From Bugula neritina (taxonomy: Eukaryota; Animalia; Bryozoa), in contig OZ037768.1 of assembly GCA_964035545.1 (NCBI GenBank), positions 2,326,741 to 2,390,740 of the forward strand: a stretch of DNA of 64,000 bases, read 5' to 3'. Within the stretch, counting starts at the first letter, position 1. Each line of letters begins with the position of its first letter. Position numbers and translations under genes: made by a program. This document shows, piece after piece, positions 1 through 13,700 of this stretch. Under the pieces are notes generated by a model. That model worked only from the letters and a program-made list of their open reading frames with translations. It did not search any database and had not been told where the DNA came from.

Positions 1-1746
1 ACAAACTTTTCACTAAAACTTTATACTTATATACATAGAATGGCAAAACTAAAGCAAGCAAATAAGTTAAAGTTGCTAGCATTATCTAAGCTTCAAAAAC
101 AGGTATTGCTGTTTTTAGTATTCAATTTAATCTCTTTTTAGTTTGATGCACCATTTATTTGCACGACTTCGAGTGGATTGTTCACTGCAGGTTTTCTTAA
201 ATTTTGTGTTTGAACAATTGCTCGTTGTCAAATGGCTGAATTCATTAAACTTAGCTTGCATTACAATTATGATTTATATGATGCATAGGTGAATCATACA
301 GCAATATTTTGTTACTCTTGTGGTTATTCAAGCAAAATATTTTTCATACAGCATGAGTTACATTCCATGCAGTATTGGTCATGGCAGGCATATTTGTCTT
401 AGGAGAATATCATGTTGCGCTGTGTAAAATCTTAAGTTTATGTAAAATGTATAATATTTATGTTAAATACTGCTTTCTATATATAAACAAGTTTTGTAAA
501 CTTTTTGAAAAATTAATGAAAAAATGCTTGTATATTACACTATAGTATTAAAATTTTATTTGTTGAAACTCTAAGAATGACTCAACAAACTAATCCAAAC
601 AACCCAACAGATCTTTTAAAGTATTCCTTGGTTATAGTATAATATAATATTATATAAATTAATGACACAAAGATAATATAAAGAAAATATGAAAATAATA
701 TAATACAATATAATATAGCATAATCTGCTTGATATAATCTAGTATAATATAATCCAATAGCATAATGTACTGCGATATGATATAAAATAATATAATGCAA
801 TATACTAAAGTAGTTTATTGCATAATAGTATGGTATATTATATAACATGACAACAAATTTCAACATAACATGATATAGTATTTATTTATATTACAACATG
901 ACATATATGCATCTAAGAGTTGTGGCATAGTATAATATAATTTAATGTATTATATAATTTAGCTAACTAAATTTGTTATATATTCATTTTTGATGTCAGA
1001 ATTCGGAGTTCGTCTTTCTTTATGCTAAGTGTAGAACATTTGATCTCTTTGCCTCAAGCTGTACTATATGATTTTATTCAATTATCCACAAACAGTCTTC
1101 ACCTGCACATTTATAATACTTTTTTTTATTCTACTTCTATCTTGATTGATGTAACAGTTGTTGATATAATAAACTAACTTAGTTTTCAAACAGGGAGGGA
1201 GGCAAGGAGAGGGGGTGGTGGCAAACCCCCCCCCCCAGCAAAGTATTCATTAAAAGAAGCTATAGGGCTTGTCTTAGACATTCATTGATTAATAATTACT
1301 GCTAACAGTTGTGCCAATAATACTAATATTTAGCCTTTTCAATAACATTATTGTGTAGTGTTTTATTAGTTATATACATTTTCAAATGGCAAGTGTATAC
1401 GTATACAGCAACTGATATTCTATCCACACTGTCTATAAACATACTAACTCCGTATCCCAGATTTTACCCAACTGTACCATCACATCATTATAGTGCCTCA
1501 TCAATATACAATTCAATAGGTTTCTATATTTAGTATTTACTATACGCATAGGGATGCTTTAGCTCCAGTGCAATCATATATTGGGTTGGACTGTAGTCCT
1601 AGGGGTCAGTAATAGACGTACACAACTTCAGTTGTCGTGTTTAATTACGTGTGTGTTGAGAGTATAGACTTGAAGTATACATGTAGGTGTACAAGCAGCA
1701 TGTGTAGTTAGTGTTTGACTGCCATTCATGGATATATAAACTTGAC

Positions 1747-4700
1747 ATGGATTCAGAACTTAGCTATGAAGAGGTTAGTAAAACTAACAGTTAGCGCAGT
1801 GTTTACAGTTTTATGCTGGCATGATTTCAAAATTGGCTTCGTTTCAATCCAATATTCCTAATATGATGTTAATTCATAGACATGAATATTTGAAAACCGT
1901 CAGATATAATGAATAAAGAATATGTAGCTAAGGCTTCGCAATAATATTTACTTAAAGTATGTTTTTAATTCTATGTCACAATTTGATGCTAGCATGTTGA
2001 TAGAGTGAGAGTGTGTTTAGTTAAGGCCTAGTTTGTTTCTAAATCAATCAAATCATAAGCAAGATAACAAAATAGATTTGTATTATATATGATTATCCAT
2101 GAGCATAATAAGTAGAGATATTTATTATATATAAATATATATGTCATATATTTAAAACCTGTTCCTATGCAGAGTAGAGAGAAAATGCTCTCAGTCTACA
2201 AGAAGTATTAGCTGTTCAACTACAAAAGCTCTTAATATTAGCTTTATCCCTGAAAACTTATATATTATCAAATTACCACAATACACTATCAAAATTCTAA
2301 AACAACAAATCATCTTATCTATTTCTTTAAATCAACCACCAAGTAATTCAAACATTTATAACAATGTGAAAATGTGCTGTGTGTATTGGTTGGTGTTTTA
2401 TTGGTAATGTTTAGGTAACTGTAATTTTTGGTAGCTTGTGGTATTTGTGAATTTGAGGGAGCTACTCTACTACTAGCATCAGATTAGATGTTGACCAAAT
2501 CATCCTAGTACTAGTAGTGGTATTACTATTAGTGGCACTACTAGTACTAGTAGTGACTATGTCTGATCTGTCTAGAAAGTAGTGTAGAGATCATATATGT
2601 AAGCTGCATCATTCTTAATAGCTTCTTAAGTAACTCTTTAGTCTTGTAGTACTATCATATAAAACTTACATCAGTTTATAGTTGCCATCCCTGATGCAAC
2701 CTTTATCAATTAATATTTGTAATCATGCATATTTTTACTGATGGAAAATCCATGGTCATTTTAAGAACTTTTACTGTACTTATACTGTACTGTACGTATG
2801 CTGTACTGGTGTTTTGGGGTCTGTAGGTAGTTGTCTTTCCATGAGTATTTCAGCTAGTGAGCATCCATATTGTGCTGGTGTGTTACAGTATAATAGCAGT
2901 TCTAATAAAAAGCTACAAGTCAAATAAAAAATTAGTAAATTAATAAAAATAGGTTTTTTTACTAAAAATTAGAATTTATTAATAATACTGTCAGCAACTT
3001 TGTTTAAGAGCGCGAATCTGAATCTGTTGACACCGTAGTAAACTATTTTTAGCTTTCTTCTAAGTTATTTATTAGCAATAAAGCTGCAAGGTTGCCATCA
3101 CGTGTTTCCAAAAGTTTAGTGAATTTATTTAAGTTTATACGGTGCTGATTAGCATTACCTATTTCACATTTTAGACTGTGGGTGGTTGACATTTGGGATT
3201 TATCTATTCATGCTATTTATTAGTTATCTGGTAGTTTAGATTGAGTAACCTGCTATAATGTTGGTGTATCCAGCGTGCATGATATCGTAATATTGGAATG
3301 CAAGCATATTTTCAGTGACAAAAATTATCAGATTAGCTCATAAAGTTAGTTAAAATAGTGCAACTTTTGTGGGAATTTCAATTTTCATTTTTTTTGCAAA
3401 GTTATAGACAAAAAACTGCCCAATTTTAGCCAATTTTGCCTGAAATGCTGATTTTTCAGTACCAGTGAAATAGCTCAGCAGCAAAACATGATATCTGGGT
3501 AAAAATTGCACTGTTGGAATCCTGAGATATTTCTCCAGTGCATCCTTTTTTCTCTCTCTAATAACTCTTCTAGATTTTTCATAAATTGGTGATGTATACA
3601 CTGAAAATGCTATATTTTTTCATAGGTAATTAGCAGCGCGCAGCACTTCACGCTTCAATGAGCACGTCACCTCAATTTGGATAATACTTTTTACCTTAAT
3701 TAATGTTTTCAGCTATAAGTTTCTTATGAAAATAAGGCTGAAGAAAAGAAGGGGGGGGGGGGGGGGGGTGGTAGTCATGAATCCTAACAAAAAGTAACTT
3801 AATTGGCTGAATTCCTATTAAAAACACATGAATGCTTCGCACTATATTCATTGTCAAAACAAAATATTTTGTGATTTCACAAAAAAAGAAAAGAAAAAAA
3901 TACTAATGCTAATGCTGTTAGTATGGCACCCTCCATGTTTACTTTGTTAGTTGACTACCCCATTGCCTACAGAGCTCCAGCACTTTTCTATTTATATCAC
4001 AGTCCCTATTGAATTAAATGCCCTTTCAATCACTAGGGTATTGCGCTACGATAAATAATATAACATATAATTATAGTAACATGTGTTTGTATGGTGTAAA
4101 TATTACATAAGTAAATCAATTATTGGTTTTAGTAGCTTAGACCTGTTAATGAACCCATTATATTCATTCCTTATACCTGTGTTCTTACTGACTGTGGTGC
4201 AATATTGTGAAATATTGGCCTTCTTTGTAATCCAAATATCAAGTGTATTCTATCTAGTTAGTTTATAAAGCAAGCATTTTCATTTCCAATAACTGGATGA
4301 AAATATCTAAAACAACATGCCATGTCTTCCATAACTTGCTGTATAAAAAAGCCCTTCAACCTATTTGTGCAGACTTGGTTTATGCTTTTAAATAGAACTA
4401 ATAGGGTAGGTAGTCAATACAACCTAAAGTTATTTACTTTGAGAATGAGAAGCTAAAGCTAATGCTTAAAGCATGAATATCTATGAATTAGTAATGAGAA
4501 CCAAACAAATATTTCACTCATTTATTTGATGTTTTCCCTGATTTCCTCGAACTTCAGTCGTTCTGTACAGCAAAATACACGCTGATAACCAATTCAGTAT
4601 GCAGTGCATGCGATATTATGTGAACTTAGAACAGCAACACTCTGAGATAGTTTCAACTAAACAGTTTGTAGCGGTTTTGTGGGAATATTCAGCATATTAT

Positions 4701-7700
4701 TTGCTATACAAAATGAATAATAATATTTTGGTATTAATGGTGAGTTAAAATTAGTTATAATATTTATCAGCAGTAGCTTGACTTAACAATTCCTTCGTAA
4801 CTCTCCTTTATATACTACTTATAAAGACTACAGGTAAGATTAATAATCTTAAATACACTGTAGGGGACTTGCCTGGTCAAGTTTTTAAATTATTTAAATT
4901 ACTATATGTTAGTATAGAACTGTGAGCTAAATGACACTATTTAATACAACAATTTATGTAAGCCTGTATCAGCCCGGTAATGAAGTTTTTCGTTGAAAAG
5001 AACTTAGAGACATTAGAACTTTTTAAGCGCATACTTATTTTACGTGTTATTGCAACATAAGTTAAGTTGGAGCAATGTAAATTTTGTATGTAATGTAAAG
5101 CAATGTAAAATTTGAGCAAGTAATGAGCATTTACACTATTTAATTTGTAATATGCTAACCTTGTATAAGTATCATAACTTTTGTTTAAAGAAGATTATAC
5201 TAGCAACTTGCAATTAGAACTAATGACTTTACGCTACTCTATCCAATGTCAATATACATAAACGCTACTGTCCTAGCCGTGTTGTGTCTTGCTTTGTCCA
5301 TCAAGAAGCTTGCAACTTATTGATTAATATAGAAAGTGATAAAAAGTGATATCAATGCTATATAGCTTTTCCTTTTGCTTTATTCAACATTTGCAAAATG
5401 CTAATGCAGGTACGAAAACTACCGCTACAATGCTCCCACCTTAGCTTCTAGACTCAGTCACAATGCAAGCTGCAATTATGCAGTAGTTCTTAGCACGCTG
5501 CTATTTATAATAAATCTCCTCAATTCATGAGATTAGATGGCAGCGTGTAGAAGAAATGCGTACACATCTGTTTATACAAGGAGTTGGCAGCACTAGCTTA
5601 TTTCTGTACAACTGATATGTATGCGATAGTTGAGTATTAAACATGAACGTCAGCGGCAGCAGCTGTAACCAGCGAACTTCTTCTGCAACACCAGCACCTA
5701 ATCGGCAGCGGCTTGACAGCTTGCTGTCAACAGATCTGGTAAGATGGTAGATTTCATTATTCAAGACTACCTTTTAACAGGAATCTTTTATTTTGTCGAA
5801 ACTTCTCTCTTTACTGTTGAAGATTACAAAATTATTTTCGCCAAAACTGACTGATGCTACTCCTTTAGTTATCAACTCAGCTGAAAATAAAGCTTCTTAG
5901 TAGGCCTACATAGTAATTATGTAATGTTAGAGCTAGCTTGTAAATATACTGTTCAACTTATAATTTCTACATTATTGATCTCCAGGGTTGAAGCACCAAC
6001 CACTCTTCTAGTATTACTTTCTGGTAATTACTTTACTGTGTAATTGGCCCTCAAGTCACCAGTCTATTATCAACTTCTTAATTACCAATCACTTGACTAA
6101 GACCCTGGTCAGAAGTTGGTCACAAATTTCTACTCAGCAGTTTTTTCACTTCAATTGTGTCGTCAGCAGAGTAAGTTAGTGTCAGCATTAGAGTAAGTTA
6201 GTATCAACAGCAGAGTAAATTAGAGTCAGCAGCAACTTAAGTTTGTGTGACCATTAGAGGAATAAGTATCAGAAATTAGTGTAAGTTAGTGTACACAGTA
6301 GAGTAAGTGTCAGCGTTAAAGAAGTGGCCGGAGTATGGGTAATACAGCAGACAGCATGCTGCCGTTGTCCAACTTTTTTAATCAAAAAGATGATGACGCA
6401 GCAGCAGTTTCTGTTTCGCTGAGCTGTGTCGGTTCCTGTGCACAGCACTTCTGTCAGCTCTGCTTTACTTGTAATAAACAGGAAGTTACATCAGCAGGGG
6501 ATGACGATATGTCAGAGGTTTGTAAATCTTTAGTCTAAGTTCTGTGCCTATTAGGTGTGAGTGATAGTCTTAAATGTTAGAAACATGTGAATGTGAACAT
6601 TATGGTTAGACTTAGTCTGTTATGCTAACTAAAGTATAGATTTTTTTACATTTTATGCATGGTTTTCAATATTTTAGAATTTTATTCCTAAGTTTTTATT
6701 TATCTTTAACTAAATAAATAAATAAATAATGCTGGAACAGTAAAATGTACAGCAAATTCAAATCTGTTTCATACGTTTTGAAGTGGACAGCAAATTTCTG
6801 TGTAGCAAGGAATTTGCTAACAGCTTTTTCATCTTTGTACAAACTAAAACAATTTTACTACTACTATAGTAGGACTAGGTGTAGAGATTTTAACACTTTG
6901 GCTATCGTAGCCACTAGTTCTGACTAAATATCCGTATCAAATAGATTCGGGTCACTTATAACTGTTTATTATAATGAATTGAAATTAGTCTGCAGTATTT
7001 AGCTCGTAGTACAAGCCTATATAACAACAGTACTTTGAAAGTCCGTACGTCTGACTGATGTTTGAATGAATATCTCTAATCGGAGAGCTAATAATCTTAT
7101 AGTTACCTATTCTTAGAACACACAATGTTACCTTCTCAATACATATTCTAAGTTGAGGTAAATTTAGTTTGAAATGAAATTGACTGATAACTATAATTGC
7201 ATGTAACTATATTGGGCTAATTCCATACTCACTTTTCTTTGGCAAATACAAGTAACAGAAGATAACTTTGTAACAGCTCTGCTATAATATGTATATGTAA
7301 CACAAATTAACATTTGTTGAGCAGAAAATATGCCTGTTCAGAGAAGTGAAGGGGCCATGGTTTATGGCGAGAGTCAAGCAATTACTGGTGACATTTGCTA
7401 ATAATGTCAGTGAATGCTGCTTTAACAAACTGTACAAGTACATAACATTTGGTAATCTACTGGGGATTAGATGCAGCAGCTAGCAGCTTGATTAATTGCT
7501 CTTCAATCAATACTAGCGATGAATTGCCTCAGTCTAAATTATTATAATAATTTACAACTGCAGCTAATTTTACACACTGATTGCACATTTCGTGCTGTAA
7601 TTGAATAATATTTGGAGAAAGTTGTGAGATTATGCAGTAGTGTGCACTATACTAAATGTATATTAGGTAGTAGTTGAATATTTGTAGACCAGCATAAGTA

Positions 7701-10700
7701 AAATATAGGTAACAGAAACAGCACAAACTATTTAACTGTTTTCGATATTTGATGATGCATATATATTGCATTTATATATATTAGTATAAACTTCATCACT
7801 GATAATTCAAATAAAAAGAAAATATTTCTATCTTAAAATATAAAAAAAAGATTGTTACAATACCTATGTTATAATATAACATTATTATACAATATAATGA
7901 TGATAATAAACAATTATACATATATATATCCACCATTAGAAAATAGTTTTATATGCTTTTCTGTTACAATCACATCAAAATAAATTTTACTGGCCAGGCA
8001 TTATATATCAGGATCAGATGTTCTGACTAGAACTGTTTTTAGTGAAAGAGTATTGTTGAGTATTTCCATGGAAATGTTGAGTATTGAATAGAAATGGTAC
8101 ATGTTGTAGGAGCTGGTAGGTTCGGAAGAAGAAGAGAAGAATTGGAAAGGGATAGTTATAGCCTTAGTGGTGATTGGAGTAATACTGGGACTGATTGCCA
8201 TGGCTATCATACTAGTTACACCACGTAAGTTGTGAAACACACTTTTTCTAATTATATGCCCCCAGTGTGTAGCCTCATTGCATAAACAACAAACTTCTAC
8301 ATGCCAGTTGGAATACAACTTGTGATTGACGTAATACTTCTCAAGTTTCACTCTGACCAGTTCATTTTAAAGTCAAGAGAGCTATGAACAAATTTTGTCA
8401 ATTTCAACTTATATAGTACTTGGTAATTGGCAATTATTATTGACAACAAACAACTAAAAATAAGTTTAACCTGATATTAAAGAATATAAATATATGCTTT
8501 GATACGTTTAAAATTATAATTTATAAACAATGTTTATATATTCAATTTTAAAGTTTCACTTTTAACTTTCAACGGTCAATTTACTGCTGAAAATCTTAGC
8601 ATCAAATAATTGAAAACTGCAATTTTTCAAGATGATAAATTTGATTAGTTGTTATTCTGATACAATACAATTGTATCATGTACTGATTAATCTTATCAGG
8701 GCATTAAGATGAGCTTTAATTGACTTTAAATAACTGAATATAGAGTAAAAAACCTAACCTTATTGATTGTCTAAAAATCAAAGACAGCCAGTTTAAAGCA
8801 TTAGCCAGCTAAGATTTCACATCGGTTAAAAACCTGAAACTAGTATTTTAAACATATTATGCAGGTAAAATTTTACTGCTGTAACAATTTTGCTTTTTAA
8901 CATTTTACATCGGCCTTTTTGGAATTTGTATATTTATAATTTTTTTATACCCAAGTATAAAGTAAGTCAAAATTATGAAAGATAGGAATATGCACTATTA
9001 AATACAAACATTGCTTGCTTATAAACATGTGACTCTATATCTACACTCATTACACCATTCACATTGCATGAGATTACACATATATGCATATCCACTCCTT
9101 TATAATATGTATTTAAAAACAAAAATTGAACATAATTTTGCTGATTCCGTTGGACTGAGTTATAGAAATTGCCTTGACCTGGTGTACCTTTTAAAATTCA
9201 TTTTCACTCAAAAGTGTTATCATAGCACTCTGATATTTTATATATCAATGTTATTCTCATGTCTTCCTGTGAATGTATCTTTTAAACCTTTTATCATTTA
9301 TGTTTTTAGAGTTACTGAAAGGTGACATTTCTGTGCCGGAATATAAATAACAAAATATAATAATCTATAGAATTGAGTGTAGTTGAATGAGTTAGTCTTA
9401 CGTAGTTTTGTAGGTCATATTGTATTCCATTTAACTCCTTCCATCCCATCAGTATTGTTATAAGACATACCTATAGTATTAACAGCATTATATATAAGTC
9501 ATATATATATTATCCCAGTAGAAGCATAAATATATTAAATTAACCAGCAACTCCACGAAGCATACTTTCATGCCAGTAGAAGAGAGAAAGTAGAAACATA
9601 TATTTGGTATTGAAACACGTTTCCTGGCTACCACTTGGTTGATACAGAATGACAATCTAGCGTTTTGAGTTTTGAGCAATTTAAGTGTGCTTCAAGGATG
9701 AGCTACCTTACATGTGCTATAGAAGTGAAGTTAAACACTGATTTACTCACCTGCATGCCAGATTAATTTACTAGGATTCAAAGATTTTGGTATATTGAAT
9801 ATAAAGAGTGAATATAATTACTATAGTTGCAATGCCTAACTGTTATGAAGGGAGTATATTATAAATGTACTAGAAGCTAGCTTATCAATGTATTAAAAAT
9901 CTTCATTTTAAAGTTTTTATTTTGATATAGTAGAGAAGCATGTACACCACTAAACCACTCTCGATGTCTGAGTTTTAAAATAAGAGAATATATTATTTAT
10001 ATGTTGAGAAGGTATATTATATTATATTTTGTCACTATTACATACTGACCTCTACCTTTCATAATTAATGTAGTAAATATGCATGCATGTAGTTCAGCCA
10101 GGTTAGCTTTTTATTCAAGCTTCAACATTGAGAACGTATAGCTTAGTCCTTTTGCCTTTTACCTTTTTGTGCTGTGCTAAAAGCCATGATTATATAGTCG
10201 TGAAAACCTGGTATTCTGAAATTTTTTTCAGTTTTGTAATTCCAATGTACTTTTATGCACATGATAGCAATTAAACAAAGTTCCATTTTCGTTTATTGCA
10301 AAATGTTGATTTTGCAAATCAAAACTTTGACAGCGAAAAAGATTTCTGTGTAGTAACATTGCAGGCTGTTATTCTCTAAATAGTGTATCCATGAAGTAAA
10401 TTACGCCAACTGAAGCATCTTTATTGTTTAGCAACTGTTGTATTCCAGGCCCTGAGAAGTATGATCCAGGAAAAAATCTCACTTTCTCATCTTTAATAAA
10501 CACGGAGATGCAACCTCGCACCCCTGTATTCAAGTGGGTCAGAGGTAGGCATGTTGATATCAACAAAAGCTAAAGGTTTACAACTAGTCTACAAACATAC
10601 TTCTAATACAAAATAATAACAAAACATTCTAAACTAGCAAAGGGTGACTGTTCACAATCTGCAGGACTTCAAACTAATAAATTTCTTAACATAAACCAGT

Positions 10701-13700
10701 TTTATTTCATTGGCTACTTCCTTGATTAAGATGCTATGGTTGAGACTTTGTAGTTCAAACAACTACTTTTAAATTTGTCAGTTGGTGATAACTACTAGAA
10801 ACCATAACTGATATATTTTTGTTTTTAATTTGTTTTCCAAATTTACAAAGCTCTACTAATATCTTTCGAGGTTTCAAGTTGGCAAGTAACCTGCAATATG
10901 TTGTCAATGAATGAGTATGATAATGATGTAACATTGTAAGAAGCATACACTGCTATATCTCATTGCTGAAGTATATGGCTCTCTGTACATATTGTACTAC
11001 TTTCAGGGTCTGACAACCTCTACACAGTATATGAGAGATACCAACTCAACACAGTTGATCAGCTCGTGAGAAGATACGTCACAATAAATGATGCCTCGGT
11101 GAACGAGACAGTGGGAAAGTCTACTTTTATTTCCCAGGACATTCTGTCAAGTGTGAGTGTAACAGGCTCCTGGTCTTCTGCTGCCAACATAGACTGTCTT
11201 CTGCTGCCTGCATAGACTGTCTTCTGCTGCCTGCATAGACTGTCTTCTGCTGCCTGCATAGACTGTCTTCTGCTGCCTGCATAGACTGTCTTCTGCTGCC
11301 TGCATAGACTGTCCTCTGCTGCCTGCATAGACTGTCTTCTACTGCCAACATTGCATTGTGTCTTTAGAGCAATGCTTAAAAAAATTTCATTCTAAACAGC
11401 ATAATGTGTTGTGTAAACATGTAGACATAATATATTGTGCATAAAAGAAAGAGTCGCCAGTATAGAATTTGAGTCCATTGTAGAAAGAGTTAGTTCAAAG
11501 AATAATCATGCATTTTTTATTGAAGCACTTTTTAAAAACATTTTTTTATTGTAGACACTTCGAGGTGCGGAGTCTTTTCAAGTCTCACCAAATCTCAACT
11601 ATGCACTCACTCAAATTGACTCAACGACAAACTCTATCTTTACTAATTCCATCTATAAAATATATGATCAAACTAAATCCAGGTTAGTCATGATGATTCA
11701 TAACTTGCTAGTCTAAATTATTGAAAAATGTTATATTTTATAAATCAAATGATAAGTTATTTATAACGCAAGCAAAATGTTATTTGCTATCCAACTTCTT
11801 TTTACGAATCAACATTTAATAAATGTATCTATTTGTTTATTAAATACTTACATAATTATTATGTGTACTGTATAATGTGAGAACTCAAGAATAAGCTTAT
11901 GCTGCTTTACCCTATCAATTCCGTGATACAGACATAGCCTACAAACAAATAAACTTTAGCTCTCCAACTATGCTACATGATCTCAGCTATAGTTACAGTA
12001 GTAACTCTGGGTCGCTATACATTTCGAATTTATCTGCCCTCTGCTATATTATTTAGAAGTATTTACTCTCTTGCAGTGTAATAGATATAGAAGGAGCCTC
12101 CACAAAGCTCTTGTATGCCACATGGATTGGAGCAAGCCAAGAGTTGGTAAGTTGAAATAGTTCCTATATTATGTGCCTATGGATATTGAGTAATTTATAG
12201 ACTATTATATTACCTATACAACCTTGTTTAGTAATGAATTCTCTATGCAGTAAAAAGGTGCAGCCGTCGTCTTGAGATATGTTTTACAGCTGCTCTTTAA
12301 TATATCAGTCATGCAAAAGTTGTAGCAACTAAAAATCATCTATACCTAACTTTGTACCAGTATAAAATCCTATTTCTAACGGTAAATGATGATATTAATT
12401 CAATTATTGCTAATTGACTGATTGCTAAGTTGATAATAAATACTCTTTGTATAGCCTACTAACAGCATATTACACTCACAGTATATCTGTAGTAGGTTGC
12501 TATGAGTATGTTATATATAGACTGAGAACTATTAAAATACATTAAATTTTGTGGATATAGGTATATATAAAAGATAATAATATATTCTACAAAGAAAGTC
12601 CTGAAGCTAATGCTATTTCCGTCACCAGTGATGGCTCAACTTCAATACTCAATGGTATTTCTAACAGACTATACAAAGGTATTTACTAAAAGTATGATAT
12701 TTTAAACCTTTGGCTACCTAATAAAGTGCTAATAATTATTATGTATTTTAATAACAAAGTTAACATTCTTTATTTTATTCAATTTTATGTCTGATTTTTA
12801 TGATGGGCACTTTTGATCAAAATGATATTATAAATTTATTTAAAAAAACATCAGTTCATTTAGACTATAGCCAAGTTATTAGTAAGATTATTTCGTTTGT
12901 TTAGTGTTTATATTCCCTGACCTTGAAAGTCTAATATGGCCTTCACCATATGGCAGCAAGTTTGTATATGCAAAGATAGAAGAGTCAGAAGTGATGAGTT
13001 ACTCAGGATCTCAACTAAATTCAAACACAGTGGAACAGGTATGTTAATCTCCTATCCATATGCTACATTTAAATGTAGAATCCATGGCAATGTTTTATTT
13101 TGCTTTAATATTATCCTGTTACTATTACTTTGACATTATTTCATTATTACTTCAATGTGTTTAACATTATTTAACTATTAGTTTATTATAATTTGGCTGT
13201 TGAATGCTGCTTCTAGGCTAACTTTTTAATTTACTTCATAACTTTTCCACATCCATATTTCCGAGATAATTTGAAGCTCATATAATTTGCTAAAATTCAG
13301 CTAGTAGATGTGATGATGATGTAATAGTTACTATTTTAGGAGTCGGCTCCCTCTTCATCTGAAGTGACAGTTCATCTCTTTGATTCTGGAGTCAGTAATC
13401 AACTGCAACTTCCCATCACTGCTGGGTAAGCTTAGCAACAGTATAACACACTTGGGTACATATGTACTCAGAGATTTGTGACTTTGAATGTATCACCAAT
13501 GTATAGATAACTCCTAATAAAAAGAAGGCACTATTTACACAGCTACTCATTTTTATTGCATATTTTAATCTTGTTATATACAGTCTTTAATTTGATGTGC
13601 CACATACAAATTCATATGATTTGGATTGCACTGTATGGTGTATTATGTGATGTGGTTTTCAAAGTAGCATTCCCTTCTGCAGTCAATACTTGAAAACCCA

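Noticed and set aside
582-960. 94-aa Ile/Tyr-rich ORF
   Set aside because: Translation of low-complexity (TAATA)-type sequence.
11173-11350. CRISPR-like look of the 23-bp repeat, and ORFs 11059-11328 and 11127-11351
   Set aside because: Units are head-to-tail with no unique spacers, in a eukaryotic intron; the ORFs are repeat artefacts.
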